60,602 bases of DNA from Clostridiaceae bacterium (GCA_012519085.1 JAAYQX010000028.1:1-60602), one strand, 5' to 3'. Counted from the first letter of the stretch, positions 45,213 to 55,945 are shown. A program made the numbers and translations. The notes: generated by a model from the sequence alone, not told the origin.

Positions 45213-46967
45213 CTAGATCAGAAGATTGTCGAGATGGGCCAAAGTCTTCTCCTTGATCTCCTCTAATCTGCGGTCGCAACTGGCCTGATCCTGATCATAG
45301 AGGCCGTAATAGATCTTAATCTTAGGCTCGGTTCCGGAGGGCCGGACACACATCCAGTCATTGCCGGACGGACCGGCCAATTCATATAAAATCACATTGC
45401 TGCCTTTAAGCGCCGTGTCGGTACGTTCCCCGGTCACCAAGTCAAGGCGCTCGCCACTCAAATAATCGAGCACCGCAGTCACTTCAGCACCGGGAATTCC
45501 ATCAGCTCTATTCCGGCGCAACGATTCCATGGCCGCACTGATCTTTTCCTGGCCCGTCTTGCCTTCACGGTAGATAGAAACGGTTTCTTCACCTTGATAG
45601 CCGTAGCGCTTATATATCTCTGTCAATAAATCATTGAGTGTCTTACCTTCTAAGGCGGCTACCGCTGCCATCTCGGCCAGCAACATACAAGCTACGACCG
45701 CATCCTTATCCCGCACACGGTCACCTGCCAGATAGCCGAAGCTCTCCTCAAAACCAAATTGAAATTGGCCGCCGGCATCATCACCGAATTCTTTGATGGC
45801 CTCAGCTATATGTTTGAAGCCGGTAAAAGTCTCATATAAAGCCACTCCATAATGGGCGGCAATGACATGCGTCAATCGGGTCGAGACAATCGTTGTAACA
45901 CAAAAAGACTGCTTCGCCAACTTCCCTGCTTTCTGCTTGGAGCCCAGGATATAGTCCATCAATAAAATCCCGATCTCATTGCCACTGATGATTCTATAGC
46001 TGCCGTCCTGCAGGCGCACGACCACTCCCGTGCGGTCGGCATCGGGATCAGTCGCCAGTACCAGATCGGCATCGATTTTCTCGGCCAGATCAATCGCCAT
46101 CTGCATTGCTTCCGGCAATTCGGGATTAGGCAGACGCACAGTGGGAAAATCTCCGTCCGGCTCTTCTTGCTCCGGCACAATATTAATATTGGTAAAGCCA
46201 AGTCTAGCCAATTGACGGCGAACAGGTTTATTGCCCGAACCGTGCAGAGGGGTATAGACAATCGGCATCTGCTTCATTTTTGCCACTGCTTCCTGATTCA
46301 GCGACAAAGTCATCAGATAGTCACTGTAGGTCTGGTCGATATCTTCACCCATCCAGGTGAACAATTCTGCACCACTGAGCTCAGAAAATTCCGGCAGTCC
46401 GTCAATCAAGCCCGGCAGATCGGAAAGATCCGCCATCCTTTCTGCGATGGCATCAGCTTCTTCAGGCGGTAATTGTGCGCCGTCTTCACCATAGACTTTG
46501 AAGCCATTATAGATAGCAGGATTATGACTGGCCGTAATCATCACCCCGCCCACACAGCCATAATGCCTAATCGCAAAAGAGATAACCGGCACCGGCCTCA
46601 ATTCCGTGGAGAAGAAAACTTTAACCCCTTCATTGATAAAGATCCGGGCGGTCAATTCCGCAAACTCGCGGGAGAAATTGCGGGAATCATAGGAAATGGC
46701 AATGCCCGCCTGACGAGCCTCCTCTCCCCAGGATGCGATCAGTTGAGCATAAGCCGTTGCGGCCCTTGCCACCGTATAATAATTCATGCGATTGGTACCA
46801 GCGCCTAAGATACCCCTGAGACCGGCAGTACCGAACTGCAGATCCTGATAAAAACGATCCTCGATTTCCTGCGGATCATCGGCAATAGCGATCAGTTCCG
46901 AACAGACTGAAGATGAAAAACGACCGTCTTCAACCCAAGATTTATATATTCTCTGCGCGCGTGTCAT
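45213..46967 (-). CDS. pgcA: phosphoglucomutase (alpha-D-phosphohexomutase, PgcA-type)
   Basis: 584 aa with catalytic TASHNP, metal loop TDPDADR and sugar loop GFEESFG. SD GGAGGA. Confidence 0.85.
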   Translation of the reverse strand: MTRAQRIYKSWVEDGRFSSSVCSELIAIADDPQEIEDRFYQDLQFGTAGLRGILGAGTNRMNYYTVARAATAYAQLIASWGEEARQAGIAISYDSRNFSREFAELTARIFINEGVKVFFSTELRPVPVISFAIRHYGCVGGVMITASHNPAIYNGFKVYGEDGAQLPPEEADAIAERMADLSDLPGLIDGLPEFSELSGAELFTWMGEDIDQTYSDYLMTLSLNQEAVAKMKQMPIVYTPLHGSGNKPVRRQLARLGFTNINIVPEQEEPDGDFPTVRLPNPELPEAMQMAIDLAEKIDADLVLATDPDADRTGVVVRLQDGSYRIISGNEIGILLMDYILGSKQKAGKLAKQSFCVTTIVSTRLTHVIAAHYGVALYETFTGFKHIAEAIKEFGDDAGGQFQFGFEESFGYLAGDRVRDKDAVVACMLLAEMAAVAALEGKTLNDLLTEIYKRYGYQGEETVSIYREGKTGQEKISAAMESLRRNRADGIPGAEVTAVLDYLSGERLDLVTGERTDTALKGSNVILYELAGPSGNDWMCVRPSGTEPKIKIYYGLYDQDQASCDRRLEEIKEKTLAHLDNLLI

Positions 46968-47271
46968 AACTATCCTCCGTGAGTTTATATTGGTAATTAG
47001 TAAAAATACTACTCAATATTGGTCAGGAATAATTATAACATGCCCTCCACCTGCCAGACTTAATTCGATTAATTAATTACATATATGCATTGCTATTTTC
47101 GTCTATAGACAAATTATACATGGAGAATAGAGTCGAACAGAATGAGAGCGGTCATGGTTTAAGGTAGTGTATTCTTACCCAAATTTCGTAACCTTAATAA
47201 GCTTGAGCGTTTTTGTTTGTAGCAATATAAATTATATTTTCGACACGCATTTTAGTTTGATTGCTTTAATT

Positions 47272-47664
47272 TTAAATGCAAAATGAGTACTCGTTTTCTC
47301 TAACGCTGAAAACAATTTTTCTCGCCTCGATAACTTCGGGCAAATCCACCTGATACCAATTGGCGGAAGGGAAGCGGTTGCTTAAACGATCATAAGCTGT
47401 TTCGAGTCCTACGCCTAGATAAACGAGATTGGAGGAGGGATATTTTTCTGCAAAAGCTCTCACAATCTTGTCCATGTTGAAATAACGAGCGGCAGATGTT
47501 ATATCACTGTATTCAAAAGACCCCTTGCCGGCGTCTTCGGGAAGGTATGCCTCTAACTCTAAAGCTTTTTTGTCTATAAAATATTCGGGAAACTTTTTTG
47601 AAACATTGATTCTTGCCACAAGCGGGACAAATAAAGTGTTTGCAACACCTTTAAATTTTTGCAT
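47272..47664 (-). pseudogene. C-terminally truncated class I SAM-dependent (TcmP/LCM-type) methyltransferase
   Basis: 130 aa matching only the N-terminal half of the family (TLFVPLVARI...LGVGLETAYDRL...WYQVDLPEVIEARK), then a stop. From memory the family is about 260-280 aa. The 300 nt downstream is non-coding, low-GC DNA. Confidence 0.5.
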
Positions 47665-47701
47665 TGTATTAAACCCTCCTTTATTCAATGTGTCGTGCTT
47701 T

Positions 47702-48622
47702 CTAAAGATCGTTTATAAGAGCTATATATTCGTCATAGGTGCTTTTAGCGGCTTTATTAATTTTTCCGATTCCGTAGCAGTGGGGCATGCCCGGCTCTAT
47801 ATGAACTTTGAAGTCCGCCCCGGCCTTTTCCAGAGATTGCCGATAGATGGGAGCGGCATATACTAGGCTTTCTTTCTCGCCAAAATATAGATAAATCTTT
47901 CCGGCATTTCGGAAATCTCCATGAGCGGTATGGATTAACCAATGATCCAAGTCTTGTCCGCCTCTGTGAATTTGCCCGTAGGCCTCTACCATATCCGCGG
48001 TAATATAAGGGTCTATGCCCCGAAGGACTTTAAGGCTTTCCCTTTCGACCTGGTTTGCCGGCACATGGCCGGGGGACAGACCGATAGTCAGAGCCGGCAT
48101 GTGAAGCATTTCTCCATAATAGTTGTTCCATGAAATCATCGTCATAGCTGCCGTTGCTCCAAAAGACAGACCTACAACCGATATATTTTCATGGCTGTAG
48201 TCATTTAGCATGGCTCTGTAGCTTTCAAAGATCATTTTATAGGTTTCCCTGATAGGGTGTTTGGTGGCAGGTGGGTAAAACGGATAGTAAATTTCTGCCT
48301 TTACCCGCTTTAAAAGTTTTTTAGCAAGGAAAAGCTGGGACTTGTAATAGTTATAGACCCCTCCGCCGCCGCCAATATAAAGGATGGCTTTCTCGGGGAT
48401 TTGTCCCTTCTTTCTCATCCGTAAGCAGTGATAAGATCCAATTTGCGTGTGGATTTTTAAATCTTTATAGACAATACCCCATTTGTTCCTCGGCAGTTTA
48501 AAAACCTGACGCTCATTGTGCTTTTTGGCATGGGCATAGATTTCATCCACCTTCTCAGGCGGTGGGCATAAATAATGAGCCAGCCATAATGTACCCATAA
48601 TAATTTTATTGCTAATTTTCAT
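47702..48622 (-). CDS. alpha/beta hydrolase (esterase/lipase-like)
   Basis: 306 aa with an oxyanion-type GGGGG stretch, nucleophile elbow GLSFG and a late His (MPHCY). Confidence 0.72.
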   Translation of the reverse strand: MKISNKIIMGTLWLAHYLCPPPEKVDEIYAHAKKHNERQVFKLPRNKWGIVYKDLKIHTQIGSYHCLRMRKKGQIPEKAILYIGGGGGVYNYYKSQLFLAKKLLKRVKAEIYYPFYPPATKHPIRETYKMIFESYRAMLNDYSHENISVVGLSFGATAAMTMISWNNYYGEMLHMPALTIGLSPGHVPANQVERESLKVLRGIDPYITADMVEAYGQIHRGGQDLDHWLIHTAHGDFRNAGKIYLYFGEKESLVYAAPIYRQSLEKAGADFKVHIEPGMPHCYGIGKINKAAKSTYDEYIALINDL

Positions 48623-48783
48623 AACCTATGTCTTTCAATTTGTTGATAAAAGATTGCATATCTCCAGATTCCCTCTTGAAAAAAATCATGAATTGCAAAG
48701 CTTCCACCTTTTTCAATAAGCGAAATGCTTTAAGAAATAAATGTCAGCCACGAGTGAATTGTCAAGTGTCTTTAACTACTTTT

Positions 48784-49185
48784 TCAAACGCTGCCATTAT
48801 CCTTTTTTGTAGAAATCGTCTTCACTCTGAAGCAAAAATAGATAATATGGAACAGCCAGACAAGGAACAGAACAAGACAGCCAACAATAATACCCTTAGT
48901 GCCCATCATTACAAAACCAATACTCATCAGCAGTGTAACGATAATCATGATTCGTATCTTCGTCTTCCAAGTCATGCCACGGACGGCAACATAGTCCTCC
49001 AGATTGTTTTTGTAAAGTTTGGTGCCTTTGAACCAGCGATCCAATTTTTCAGAACTTCTGGCAAAGAAAAATGCCGCCATCATTAAAAACGGGAAAGTAG
49101 GAAGCATAGGAACAACCGCTCCCACTGCACCCAAACCCACACCAATACAGCCAAGAATAATGTACAAGATTTTTTTGATATTCAT
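48784..49185 (-). CDS. ybaN: YbaN/DUF454 family inner membrane protein
   Basis: 133 aa from ATG 49185 (ILGCIGVGLGAVGAVVPMLPTFPFLMMAAFFFARSS). The longer track ORF has an implausible N-terminus. Confidence 0.72.
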   Translation of the reverse strand: MNIKKILYIILGCIGVGLGAVGAVVPMLPTFPFLMMAAFFFARSSEKLDRWFKGTKLYKNNLEDYVAVRGMTWKTKIRIMIIVTLLMSIGFVMMGTKGIIVGCLVLFLVWLFHIIYFCFRVKTISTKKDNGSV

Positions 49186-49322
49186 GAGTTTCTCTCCAAT
49201 CGTTTCTTTTCTTTCAGCAACACTATGACATGACAGATAGCCATAACAGGATGATGAAATGTTAGAGCAAAGTATCCTGCTACCATGTTTTTTTCTTGCA
49301 ATAGAGAGCAATCATCAGACAT
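49182..49322 (-). CDS. candidate 46-aa small membrane protein, not in the supplied track
   Basis: ATG 49322 lies 7 nt after AAGGA. The product is MSDDCSLLQEKNMVAGYFALTFHHPVMAICHVIVLLKEKKRLERNS, with an acidic N-terminus, a ~24-aa hydrophobic helix and a basic C-terminus. The TGA overlaps the ybaN ATG (ATGA). Confidence 0.35.
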   Translation of the reverse strand: MSDDCSLLQEKNMVAGYFALTFHHPVMAICHVIVLLKEKKRLERNS

Positions 49323-49362
49323 ACTGTTTTCCTTTCCTGTTCTCACTTGGTTTGTATGTCCA

Positions 49363-51003
49363 TCAGCTGACTCTACCGTGTTCTACCGAGTATGTTTTAT
49401 CTGCGATGCCCATAGTAGATTTTCGATGGGATACCAGAACAACTGTCTTACCTGATCGTTCTTCATGGAGAGATTTCAGAATGACCGCTTCATTCAAGCT
49501 ATCCAAGTTGGAGGTCGGTTCATCCAACAACATAAACGGTGCATCATGCAGGAATGCCCTTGCTAGTCCCAAACGCTGGCGCTCACCACCGGAAAGGGTA
49601 TCACCAAGCTCACCGACCGATGTATCATAGCCGCTGGGTAGACACATAATGAAATCATGGACGGAAGCCTTTTTACAAGCAGTGATAATCTCGTCATCAG
49701 TAGCATTCAATTTGGCAATACGCAGGTTATTGCGTATGCTGTCATGAAACAAATGAGTTTCCTGTGTCACAAAACTTTCCAGATCACGAAGATTGGTGGT
49801 ATTGATATCATTCACACAGCGATCAGAAATTTTGACAGAGCCTTGTTGAACCTCCCAGAAACGCATAAACAGTCTAAGCAGCGTAGACTTTCCGGAGCCA
49901 CTGCGTCCCACAATGCCGATGATTTGATTCTTGGGAATCTCCACAGAAAAATTGTCCAGTATAGTTTCTTCCCCATAGGCAAAGGTAACATTTTCGGCGG
50001 ATGCCCCGAGAAAGTCTACCTTCGTTTTACCAGTCACTTCCGCCGCCAGCGGAGTTTCATCCAGAATATCCAGCACACGGTTACCAGCGGCAAAGGTTTG
50101 CTGCAAGGTAGAGCCAAGAGTGGCCAGTGCCACACTGGGACCGAAAGAAGTCATTAGCGCCAGTGTACAAATCAGCGCACCGGAGAAGTCACACAAATAG
50201 GTCGATAAGAATAACATAGACAAATCAAACACCAGAATGACAGTATTTGTGGCCGCTGTATTGCGGCCTGCGATGCGCTTCATGTGTCCTTCGTACTTGG
50301 AAAGTTCATCCGTCTTTTTGTTCATCTGCGCCATACGCTGTTCACCCTGGCAATACTGCAGAATTTCGGAAAGACCACGCAGTGAGTCCAAAACAAAAGC
50401 TGCCAATTCGCCGGACTTGGCACGGAACTTCATACCGTCCTCACCGCTGAATTTGGAAATCAACAGAGGAATGATAACACCTACAGTAATATGGGCCACC
50501 AATGTCAACACTCCAAGGGCAATATGAAAACTTCCGATAAATGCCACCATAATACCGCAGAACAAAGCCGCAATGCAGATAGGCGAAATCGTGTGAGCGT
50601 AGAATACCTCCAACAATTCGATGTCTGATGTGATGATGCTAATCAGATTACCCTTATCTTTTCCCTCTAATTTGGCAGGGCACAGGCGGCGCAGGGCACC
50701 AAAAACCTTGTCACGAATCAATGCCAACAGTTTGAAGGCAATAAAATGGTTGCATGCCTGCTCTGCATAGCGAAGAAAGCCGCGCAATATAGCAAAGATC
50801 AGAACTGAGCTGAAAATTACCCTGAGATTCATGAACTGTCCTGGATGGAGTACATGTAATACGGCATAGCCGCCCAACACCGTAATAAAGGCAGCACACA
50901 AGTGACCAACCAGTCCCATAGTAATGGCAAGTATCATGTAACCGATAAGAGGCTTTACCAGGCCTACCAAACGAGTCATAACTTGAAATCCACTTCGCTT
51001 CAC
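49363..51003 (-). CDS. ABC transporter permease/ATP-binding protein (CydC-like half transporter)
   Basis: 6-TM domain plus NBD, with Walker A GRSGSGKST, signature LSGGERQRL and Walker B MLLDEPTSNLD. The GTG start overlaps the upstream stop (GTGA). ATG 50979 is an alternative start. Confidence 0.8.
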   Translation of the reverse strand: MKRSGFQVMTRLVGLVKPLIGYMILAITMGLVGHLCAAFITVLGGYAVLHVLHPGQFMNLRVIFSSVLIFAILRGFLRYAEQACNHFIAFKLLALIRDKVFGALRRLCPAKLEGKDKGNLISIITSDIELLEVFYAHTISPICIAALFCGIMVAFIGSFHIALGVLTLVAHITVGVIIPLLISKFSGEDGMKFRAKSGELAAFVLDSLRGLSEILQYCQGEQRMAQMNKKTDELSKYEGHMKRIAGRNTAATNTVILVFDLSMLFLSTYLCDFSGALICTLALMTSFGPSVALATLGSTLQQTFAAGNRVLDILDETPLAAEVTGKTKVDFLGASAENVTFAYGEETILDNFSVEIPKNQIIGIVGRSGSGKSTLLRLFMRFWEVQQGSVKISDRCVNDINTTNLRDLESFVTQETHLFHDSIRNNLRIAKLNATDDEIITACKKASVHDFIMCLPSGYDTSVGELGDTLSGGERQRLGLARAFLHDAPFMLLDEPTSNLDSLNEAVILKSLHEERSGKTVVLVSHRKSTMGIADKTYSVEHGRVS

Positions 51004-52739
51004 AGTACGTCACCTCTCATTGTGTAGTACTCCAGTTCTTGCTGAGCGTTCCAAAGTTGGACATAAGATGTGTTCCCTTCCAAAAGTTCGCTGTGCGTGC
51101 CGCTCCCGACGATAATGCCCTTGTCCAGAACATAAATGTTATCTGCATCTACAACATTGGCAAGTCGATGAGAAATCAAAATAACTGTTTTTGAGGACTT
51201 GGCAAGCATATGGATCTGCGCCAGAATATCATTCTCGCTCTCTACATCAATGTTGGAAGTGGCTTCGTCAAAAATATAGACTGGACTATCATGGAGCAAT
51301 GCTCTAGCCAGGGCGAGGCGCTGGCACTGGCCACCAGAAAAATTGGATGCCTTTTCATTGAGCAGTGTATCAAGTCCACTTTCACTGCGGAGGAACTCAG
51401 CCAGATTAACTTGTTCCAGTGTCGCCCACAGCACATCGTCCGTAGCATCGGGGTTTGCCATCTGAAGATTATCTCGAACAGTCCCCTTGAACAAATAACT
51501 CTGATGGCTGACATAGGTAAAATTTTCCATCAGACTTGATTCATTGATCTCAGCAAGGGGCACCCCACCCACAGTCAATTTCCCGTTGTAGCCCTTGTTG
51601 CGCCCAATCAAAATGGCTGCAATGGTGGACTTCCCGCAGCCGCTTTCACCCACAATTGCAGTAAAGCTTCCTTTCAAGAATTCCATATCTACACCATGAA
51701 GGATTTCCCGTTCCGGCTCATAGGAAAAACGGAGATCTTTTATTTGAATGGTACAATCCTTCGGAACAATTCCACTTTTCTGCTTTTTCTCAAGTAAATC
51801 CAACAACTTGAAAATCTTGTCAGAAGCTGCCATGCCATTCATAGCAATATGGAAAAAGCTGCCCAGTAAACGCATGGGAAGGAAAAAGTCAGCAGCCAAA
51901 AGGATAATCATCAAACAGCCTAGCAGATCAACATGACCAGCGCGAAACTGGGTGGTCGCCAGAATGACACCCAGTGCAGCACCGCCGTAGGCAACGAGAT
52001 CCATGATGGTAATAGAGTTAAGTTGCATGGTCAGCACTTTCATAGTAATCTTGCGGAAACGTTCGCTCTGCTCGTTCATTTCCTGATGTTTGAACGCATC
52101 GGACTGATAAATTTTCGTTGTGGTCAGCCCCTGCAGATTTTCCAGGAAAGTATCTCCCAATTCAGCATATTGATCCCAATACTTACTGAGCAGTTTTTTC
52201 GCCCAGCGCTGAATTGCAACGATGGTAACCGGAATCATCGGCACGCAAACCAGCAGTACCACTGCAGATGGAAAGTTTACAAAGCTAAGAACACCGAACA
52301 AAGTCAGCGGAGCTAACATAGCGTAGAAAAACTGTGGAAGATAAGCACCGAAATACGTTTCCAGCTGATCTACACCCTCTACTGCCACCTGCACAACCTC
52401 AGAGGTTTGTACATTTTCTTTGTAGGAGATACCTAGGCGTAACAGTTTGCGATATATCATCTCTCGCAAGGTCTTTTTAACCGCCTTGGAACTGAGATAA
52501 CTCATGCGGCTGGCCGATACAGCACAAAAAAAACGGGTGACCACGGCAACAAGCGCAACCGCTGCTGTCATGCCAATCTGTCGTTCATCAGCAGCTCCCT
52601 CAAAAATCTTCTCTAGCAGACGGGCAATAGCGCCCATCATGGCAATATTGGCTACCAGAGATAACCACTGACATACCACATTTCCAACTATGTATTTCTT
52701 ACTTTCACTGACTATGCCAATCAGTCGTTTGTTAATCAT
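51000..52739 (-). CDS. ABC transporter permease/ATP-binding protein (CydD-like half transporter)
   Basis: 579 aa with Walker A GESGCGKST, signature FSGGQCQRL and Walker B IFDEATSNID. Paired with the downstream half transporter. Confidence 0.8.
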   Translation of the reverse strand: MINKRLIGIVSESKKYIVGNVVCQWLSLVANIAMMGAIARLLEKIFEGAADERQIGMTAAVALVAVVTRFFCAVSASRMSYLSSKAVKKTLREMIYRKLLRLGISYKENVQTSEVVQVAVEGVDQLETYFGAYLPQFFYAMLAPLTLFGVLSFVNFPSAVVLLVCVPMIPVTIVAIQRWAKKLLSKYWDQYAELGDTFLENLQGLTTTKIYQSDAFKHQEMNEQSERFRKITMKVLTMQLNSITIMDLVAYGGAALGVILATTQFRAGHVDLLGCLMIILLAADFFLPMRLLGSFFHIAMNGMAASDKIFKLLDLLEKKQKSGIVPKDCTIQIKDLRFSYEPEREILHGVDMEFLKGSFTAIVGESGCGKSTIAAILIGRNKGYNGKLTVGGVPLAEINESSLMENFTYVSHQSYLFKGTVRDNLQMANPDATDDVLWATLEQVNLAEFLRSESGLDTLLNEKASNFSGGQCQRLALARALLHDSPVYIFDEATSNIDVESENDILAQIHMLAKSSKTVILISHRLANVVDADNIYVLDKGIIVGSGTHSELLEGNTSYVQLWNAQQELEYYTMRGDVL

Positions 52740-52807
52740 CAGCTCTTTTACCTATCCATCGCATATTAATTATTGAAGAAGTATTGTTATCACATAACGA
52801 AGAACGG

Positions 52808-52845
52808 CTAAAAGACCCAACCGATAAATAAGGTGCTTGGGTCTT
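52808..52845 (-). terminator. rho-independent terminator after the methyltransferase gene
   Basis: Stem AAGACCCAA (52812-52820) / TTGGGTCTT (52837-52845). On the minus strand a TTTTAG run follows. Confidence 0.5.
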
Positions 52846-52889
52846 CAGTTTCTATAAGCCGCTTTCATATTTCCGCCTTATTTTTGTTC

Positions 52890-53519
52890 TCAAGATTTTT
52901 TCTGAATCACTGCTATCGAGCAGGGAATAAATCCTTCTATTCTTATGTGCAGCGCGTCGGGGTAGCCTGTGTCAATAAAAAATTGCTGATATGATGTAAA
53001 GCTAAAATTTTGCTTAAAGCCTGCTCCCAAATTTCCGACTATTTTTGCAAAAACATTTTCTCTCTTGCTTGATTGCTTGCTTAAATAAGTTGGAATGATG
53101 ATTTTGCCTCCCGACCGACAAACCCGAACAAGCTCCCTTAAAGCCTTAAGAGGCTCGTCTAAGAGATGAATGACATTCGCGGCAAGCACCTTATCGAAGG
53201 CGTTATCTTCAAAGTCGAGATTTAGAATGTCAGCAAACATGAAACATATGTTGCCGTGATTTTTGCACTTTATTTCGGCTTTTCTCAGCATGTTTTTTGA
53301 AAAATCCGTGGCAATCAACTGTTGGCATTCGGGCGCAACAATCTCTGTAAGCATGCCGGTACCGCAGGCACACTCTAAAACAATGTCGGCAGAAGTAAAA
53401 AGCTGTCTTATATGAGCTTGCAAAGTTTTGTGTGTTTTAGCATTGATCACGTTGACAAAAACATCATAGACGCTTGCCACGCGATCCCAGAACTCTGGCT
53501 TGTTTCTCATACCTGCCAT
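52890..53519 (-). CDS. class I SAM-dependent methyltransferase
   Basis: 209 aa with motif I VLECACGTG and the post-I acidic residue (ATDFS). SD AGAGGAG. Noticeably low GC. Confidence 0.8.
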   Translation of the reverse strand: MAGMRNKPEFWDRVASVYDVFVNVINAKTHKTLQAHIRQLFTSADIVLECACGTGMLTEIVAPECQQLIATDFSKNMLRKAEIKCKNHGNICFMFADILNLDFEDNAFDKVLAANVIHLLDEPLKALRELVRVCRSGGKIIIPTYLSKQSSKRENVFAKIVGNLGAGFKQNFSFTSYQQFFIDTGYPDALHIRIEGFIPCSIAVIQKKS

Positions 53520-53684
53520 TATCTCCTCTTTATAGATTGGGCTCGTTCCAATTCATTTTTGGAACAGTACTATATTGCCATCTCTATTCGGACTCCAAAC
53601 CCTTCAAAAGACATGGTTAGCAATAGCTAACTATGTTAGCTTATTCTAACTTGTTTTTCCTCTAGGGGCAACTTTTTAGAAAAA

Positions 53685-53732
53685 GCCCACAAAAAAGCCC
53701 CCGCGACTTAAGTTGAACATAATCCGTGGGGG
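53685..53732 (-). terminator. rho-independent terminator after uvrB
   Basis: On the minus strand, stem CCCCCACG / CGCGGGGG (53732-53725 / 53705-53698) followed by CTTTTTTGTGGGCTTTTT. Confidence 0.5.
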
Positions 53733-53875
53733 TAAACTATATAGAGTTTTTTCTGTTAATCGGAAAAAACAATCCACATAATAAAAACAACATTTACATG
53801 ATTGCCTTTAATGGCAAACTGCCGCCAAATACCGCGATCAGTCGGATCTCATTGCGATCGGCGCAGTACCAAGGC

Positions 53876-55945
53876 TTACTTTGACCGACGCAGAGCCAGC
53901 TCATTTCGCACCAGGATCAGAACATCGCGCAATTCCGCCGCCTCTTCAAAGGCCAGTTGTTTGGCCGCAGCCTTCATATCGCGATCCAACTTCTTCTCCA
54001 TCTTTCCTAATTGTGAGAAATTGAGTGACGACAGACGCAGACTGGCAATATCATCACCGTCGACAATAACCTCTTCCGCTCTTTCAATGACACCGTCTTC
54101 TACCATTTCGCTCATAGTATCGATCAGGAGACGGACATCTTTCTCAATGCTTTTCGGCGTAATATTATGCTTGCGGTTGAAAGCATCCTGAATCTCACGG
54201 CGTCGATTTGTTTCTTCTACCGCTTGTTGGATCGACTTGGTTATCTCATCAGCATATAGAATAACCCGCCCGTTAACATTGCGGGCGGCACGGCCAATGA
54301 TTTGCACCAGAGATGTCGTCGAGCGCAAAAAGCCTTCCTTATCCGCGTCTAAAATAGCGATCAAAGAAACCTCAGGCAGGTCGAGTCCCTCACGCAAGAG
54401 ATTGATCCCGACCAGAACATCATATTTTCCTTCGCGCAATTCTTTGAGAATCTTGAGCCGTTCCACAGTCACAATATCTGAGTGCAGATAGGCTACTTTC
54501 ATTCCTTCTTCACGCAGGAAATCACTTAGATCTTCGGCCATGCGCTTGGTCAGAGTCAGGATCAGTGTCCTTTCACCACGGTCAGTATTAGCTCTGATCT
54601 CACTCATTAGATCATCGATCTGCGTTGCGACCGGGCGGATGAAAATCTGCGGATCAAGCAGACCGGTCGGACGGATTACTTGCTCCACTACTTGTTTGGC
54701 ATGCTCGGCTTCATATTTAGAGGGGGTGGCAGAAACGAAGATCGTCTGTCCCATTCTTTCCTCAAATTCAGCAAAATTCAAAGGTCGGTTATCGAAAGCT
54801 GAGGGCAGGCGAAAACCATACTCAACCAGTGATTCCTTGCGTGAACGGTCGCCATTATACATAGCCCCGATCTGAGGAATAGTCACATGCGATTCGTCGA
54901 TAAAAAGCAGGTAGTCCTCAGGAAAGAAATCCAATAGTGTATAGGGCGGCTCGCCCGGAGCGCGCTCCGTCATATGGCGGGAATAATTCTCTATCCCCTT
55001 ACAGAAGCCGGTTTCCTTCAACATCTCAATATCGTAGAGTGTGCGCTGTTCCAGCCGATAGGCCTCAAGCAACTTCCCCTCTGCCCGCAGTTCAGCCAGA
55101 CGAAGGACCAACTCCTGGCCAATGCTCTTAGTCGCCTTTTCCATGCGCGCGGCAGTAGTAGCATAGTGCGAAGCCGGGAAGATCGAAGCATAACTGCGGG
55201 CGGTTATGCTGCGGCCGGTAATGGCATCTATTTCTCTGATCTCCTCAATCTCATCGCCAAAGAAGCTGACCCTGGTGATGACGTCCGCCGCTGACGAGGG
55301 AAAGATATCTATAATGTCACCCCTGACCCGAAAAGTTCCGCGCTTGACTTCATAATCATTGCGTTGATACTGGATGGCTATCAGCTGGGAAATAACCTCA
55401 TCGCGCTCTTTGCGCATACCCGGCCGCAAACTGACCATCAGATGCTGATAGTCATTCGGATCGCCGATACCATAAATACAGGACACCGAAGCCACCACAA
55501 TCACATCGCGACGCTCCATCAAAGAAGATGTCGCCGAATGGCGCAAGAGATCAATCTCATCATTGATGGCTGAGTCCTTCTCGATATAGATATCACGGGA
55601 TGGGATATAGGCTTCCGGCTGATAATAGTCGTAATAACTGACGAAGTACTCTACAGCATTATCAGGGAACAGAGCCATGAACTCAGCACAAAGTTGGCCG
55701 GCCAGAGTCTTATTATGAGCAATAACTAAGGCTGGGCGCTGAGTCTCCTCAATCACTTTGGCCATAGTAAAGGTTTTACCGGAGCCGGTCACACCCAACA
55801 GTGTCTGAGCCGGCATGCCCTGACGCAGACCCAAGGTCAGTTTTTCAATAGCCTGGGGCTGATCGCCCTGAGGCACCATATCAGTCCTGAGTCGGAAAGG
55901 ATTGCGGTAATCCGTCGGGGGTAATTGAACTCGTCGTGCTGTCAT
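53876..55945 (-). CDS. uvrB: excinuclease ABC subunit B
   Basis: 689 aa with Walker A GVTGSGKT, helicase motifs, a beta-hairpin region and a C-terminal UVR domain ([15 protein letters not shown]). Confidence 0.95.
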   Translation of the reverse strand: MTARRVQLPPTDYRNPFRLRTDMVPQGDQPQAIEKLTLGLRQGMPAQTLLGVTGSGKTFTMAKVIEETQRPALVIAHNKTLAGQLCAEFMALFPDNAVEYFVSYYDYYQPEAYIPSRDIYIEKDSAINDEIDLLRHSATSSLMERRDVIVVASVSCIYGIGDPNDYQHLMVSLRPGMRKERDEVISQLIAIQYQRNDYEVKRGTFRVRGDIIDIFPSSAADVITRVSFFGDEIEEIREIDAITGRSITARSYASIFPASHYATTAARMEKATKSIGQELVLRLAELRAEGKLLEAYRLEQRTLYDIEMLKETGFCKGIENYSRHMTERAPGEPPYTLLDFFPEDYLLFIDESHVTIPQIGAMYNGDRSRKESLVEYGFRLPSAFDNRPLNFAEFEERMGQTIFVSATPSKYEAEHAKQVVEQVIRPTGLLDPQIFIRPVATQIDDLMSEIRANTDRGERTLILTLTKRMAEDLSDFLREEGMKVAYLHSDIVTVERLKILKELREGKYDVLVGINLLREGLDLPEVSLIAILDADKEGFLRSTTSLVQIIGRAARNVNGRVILYADEITKSIQQAVEETNRRREIQDAFNRKHNITPKSIEKDVRLLIDTMSEMVEDGVIERAEEVIVDGDDIASLRLSSLNFSQLGKMEKKLDRDMKAAAKQLAFEEAAELRDVLILVRNELALRRSK

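Noticed and set aside
48623-48700. 25-codon minus-strand ORF (MIFFKRESGDMQSFINKLKDIGYEN) overlapping the alpha/beta hydrolase start
   Set aside because: The SD-like GGTGGA is 13 nt from the ATG, the ORF overlaps the hydrolase start out of frame, and the sequence has no membrane or structural signature.
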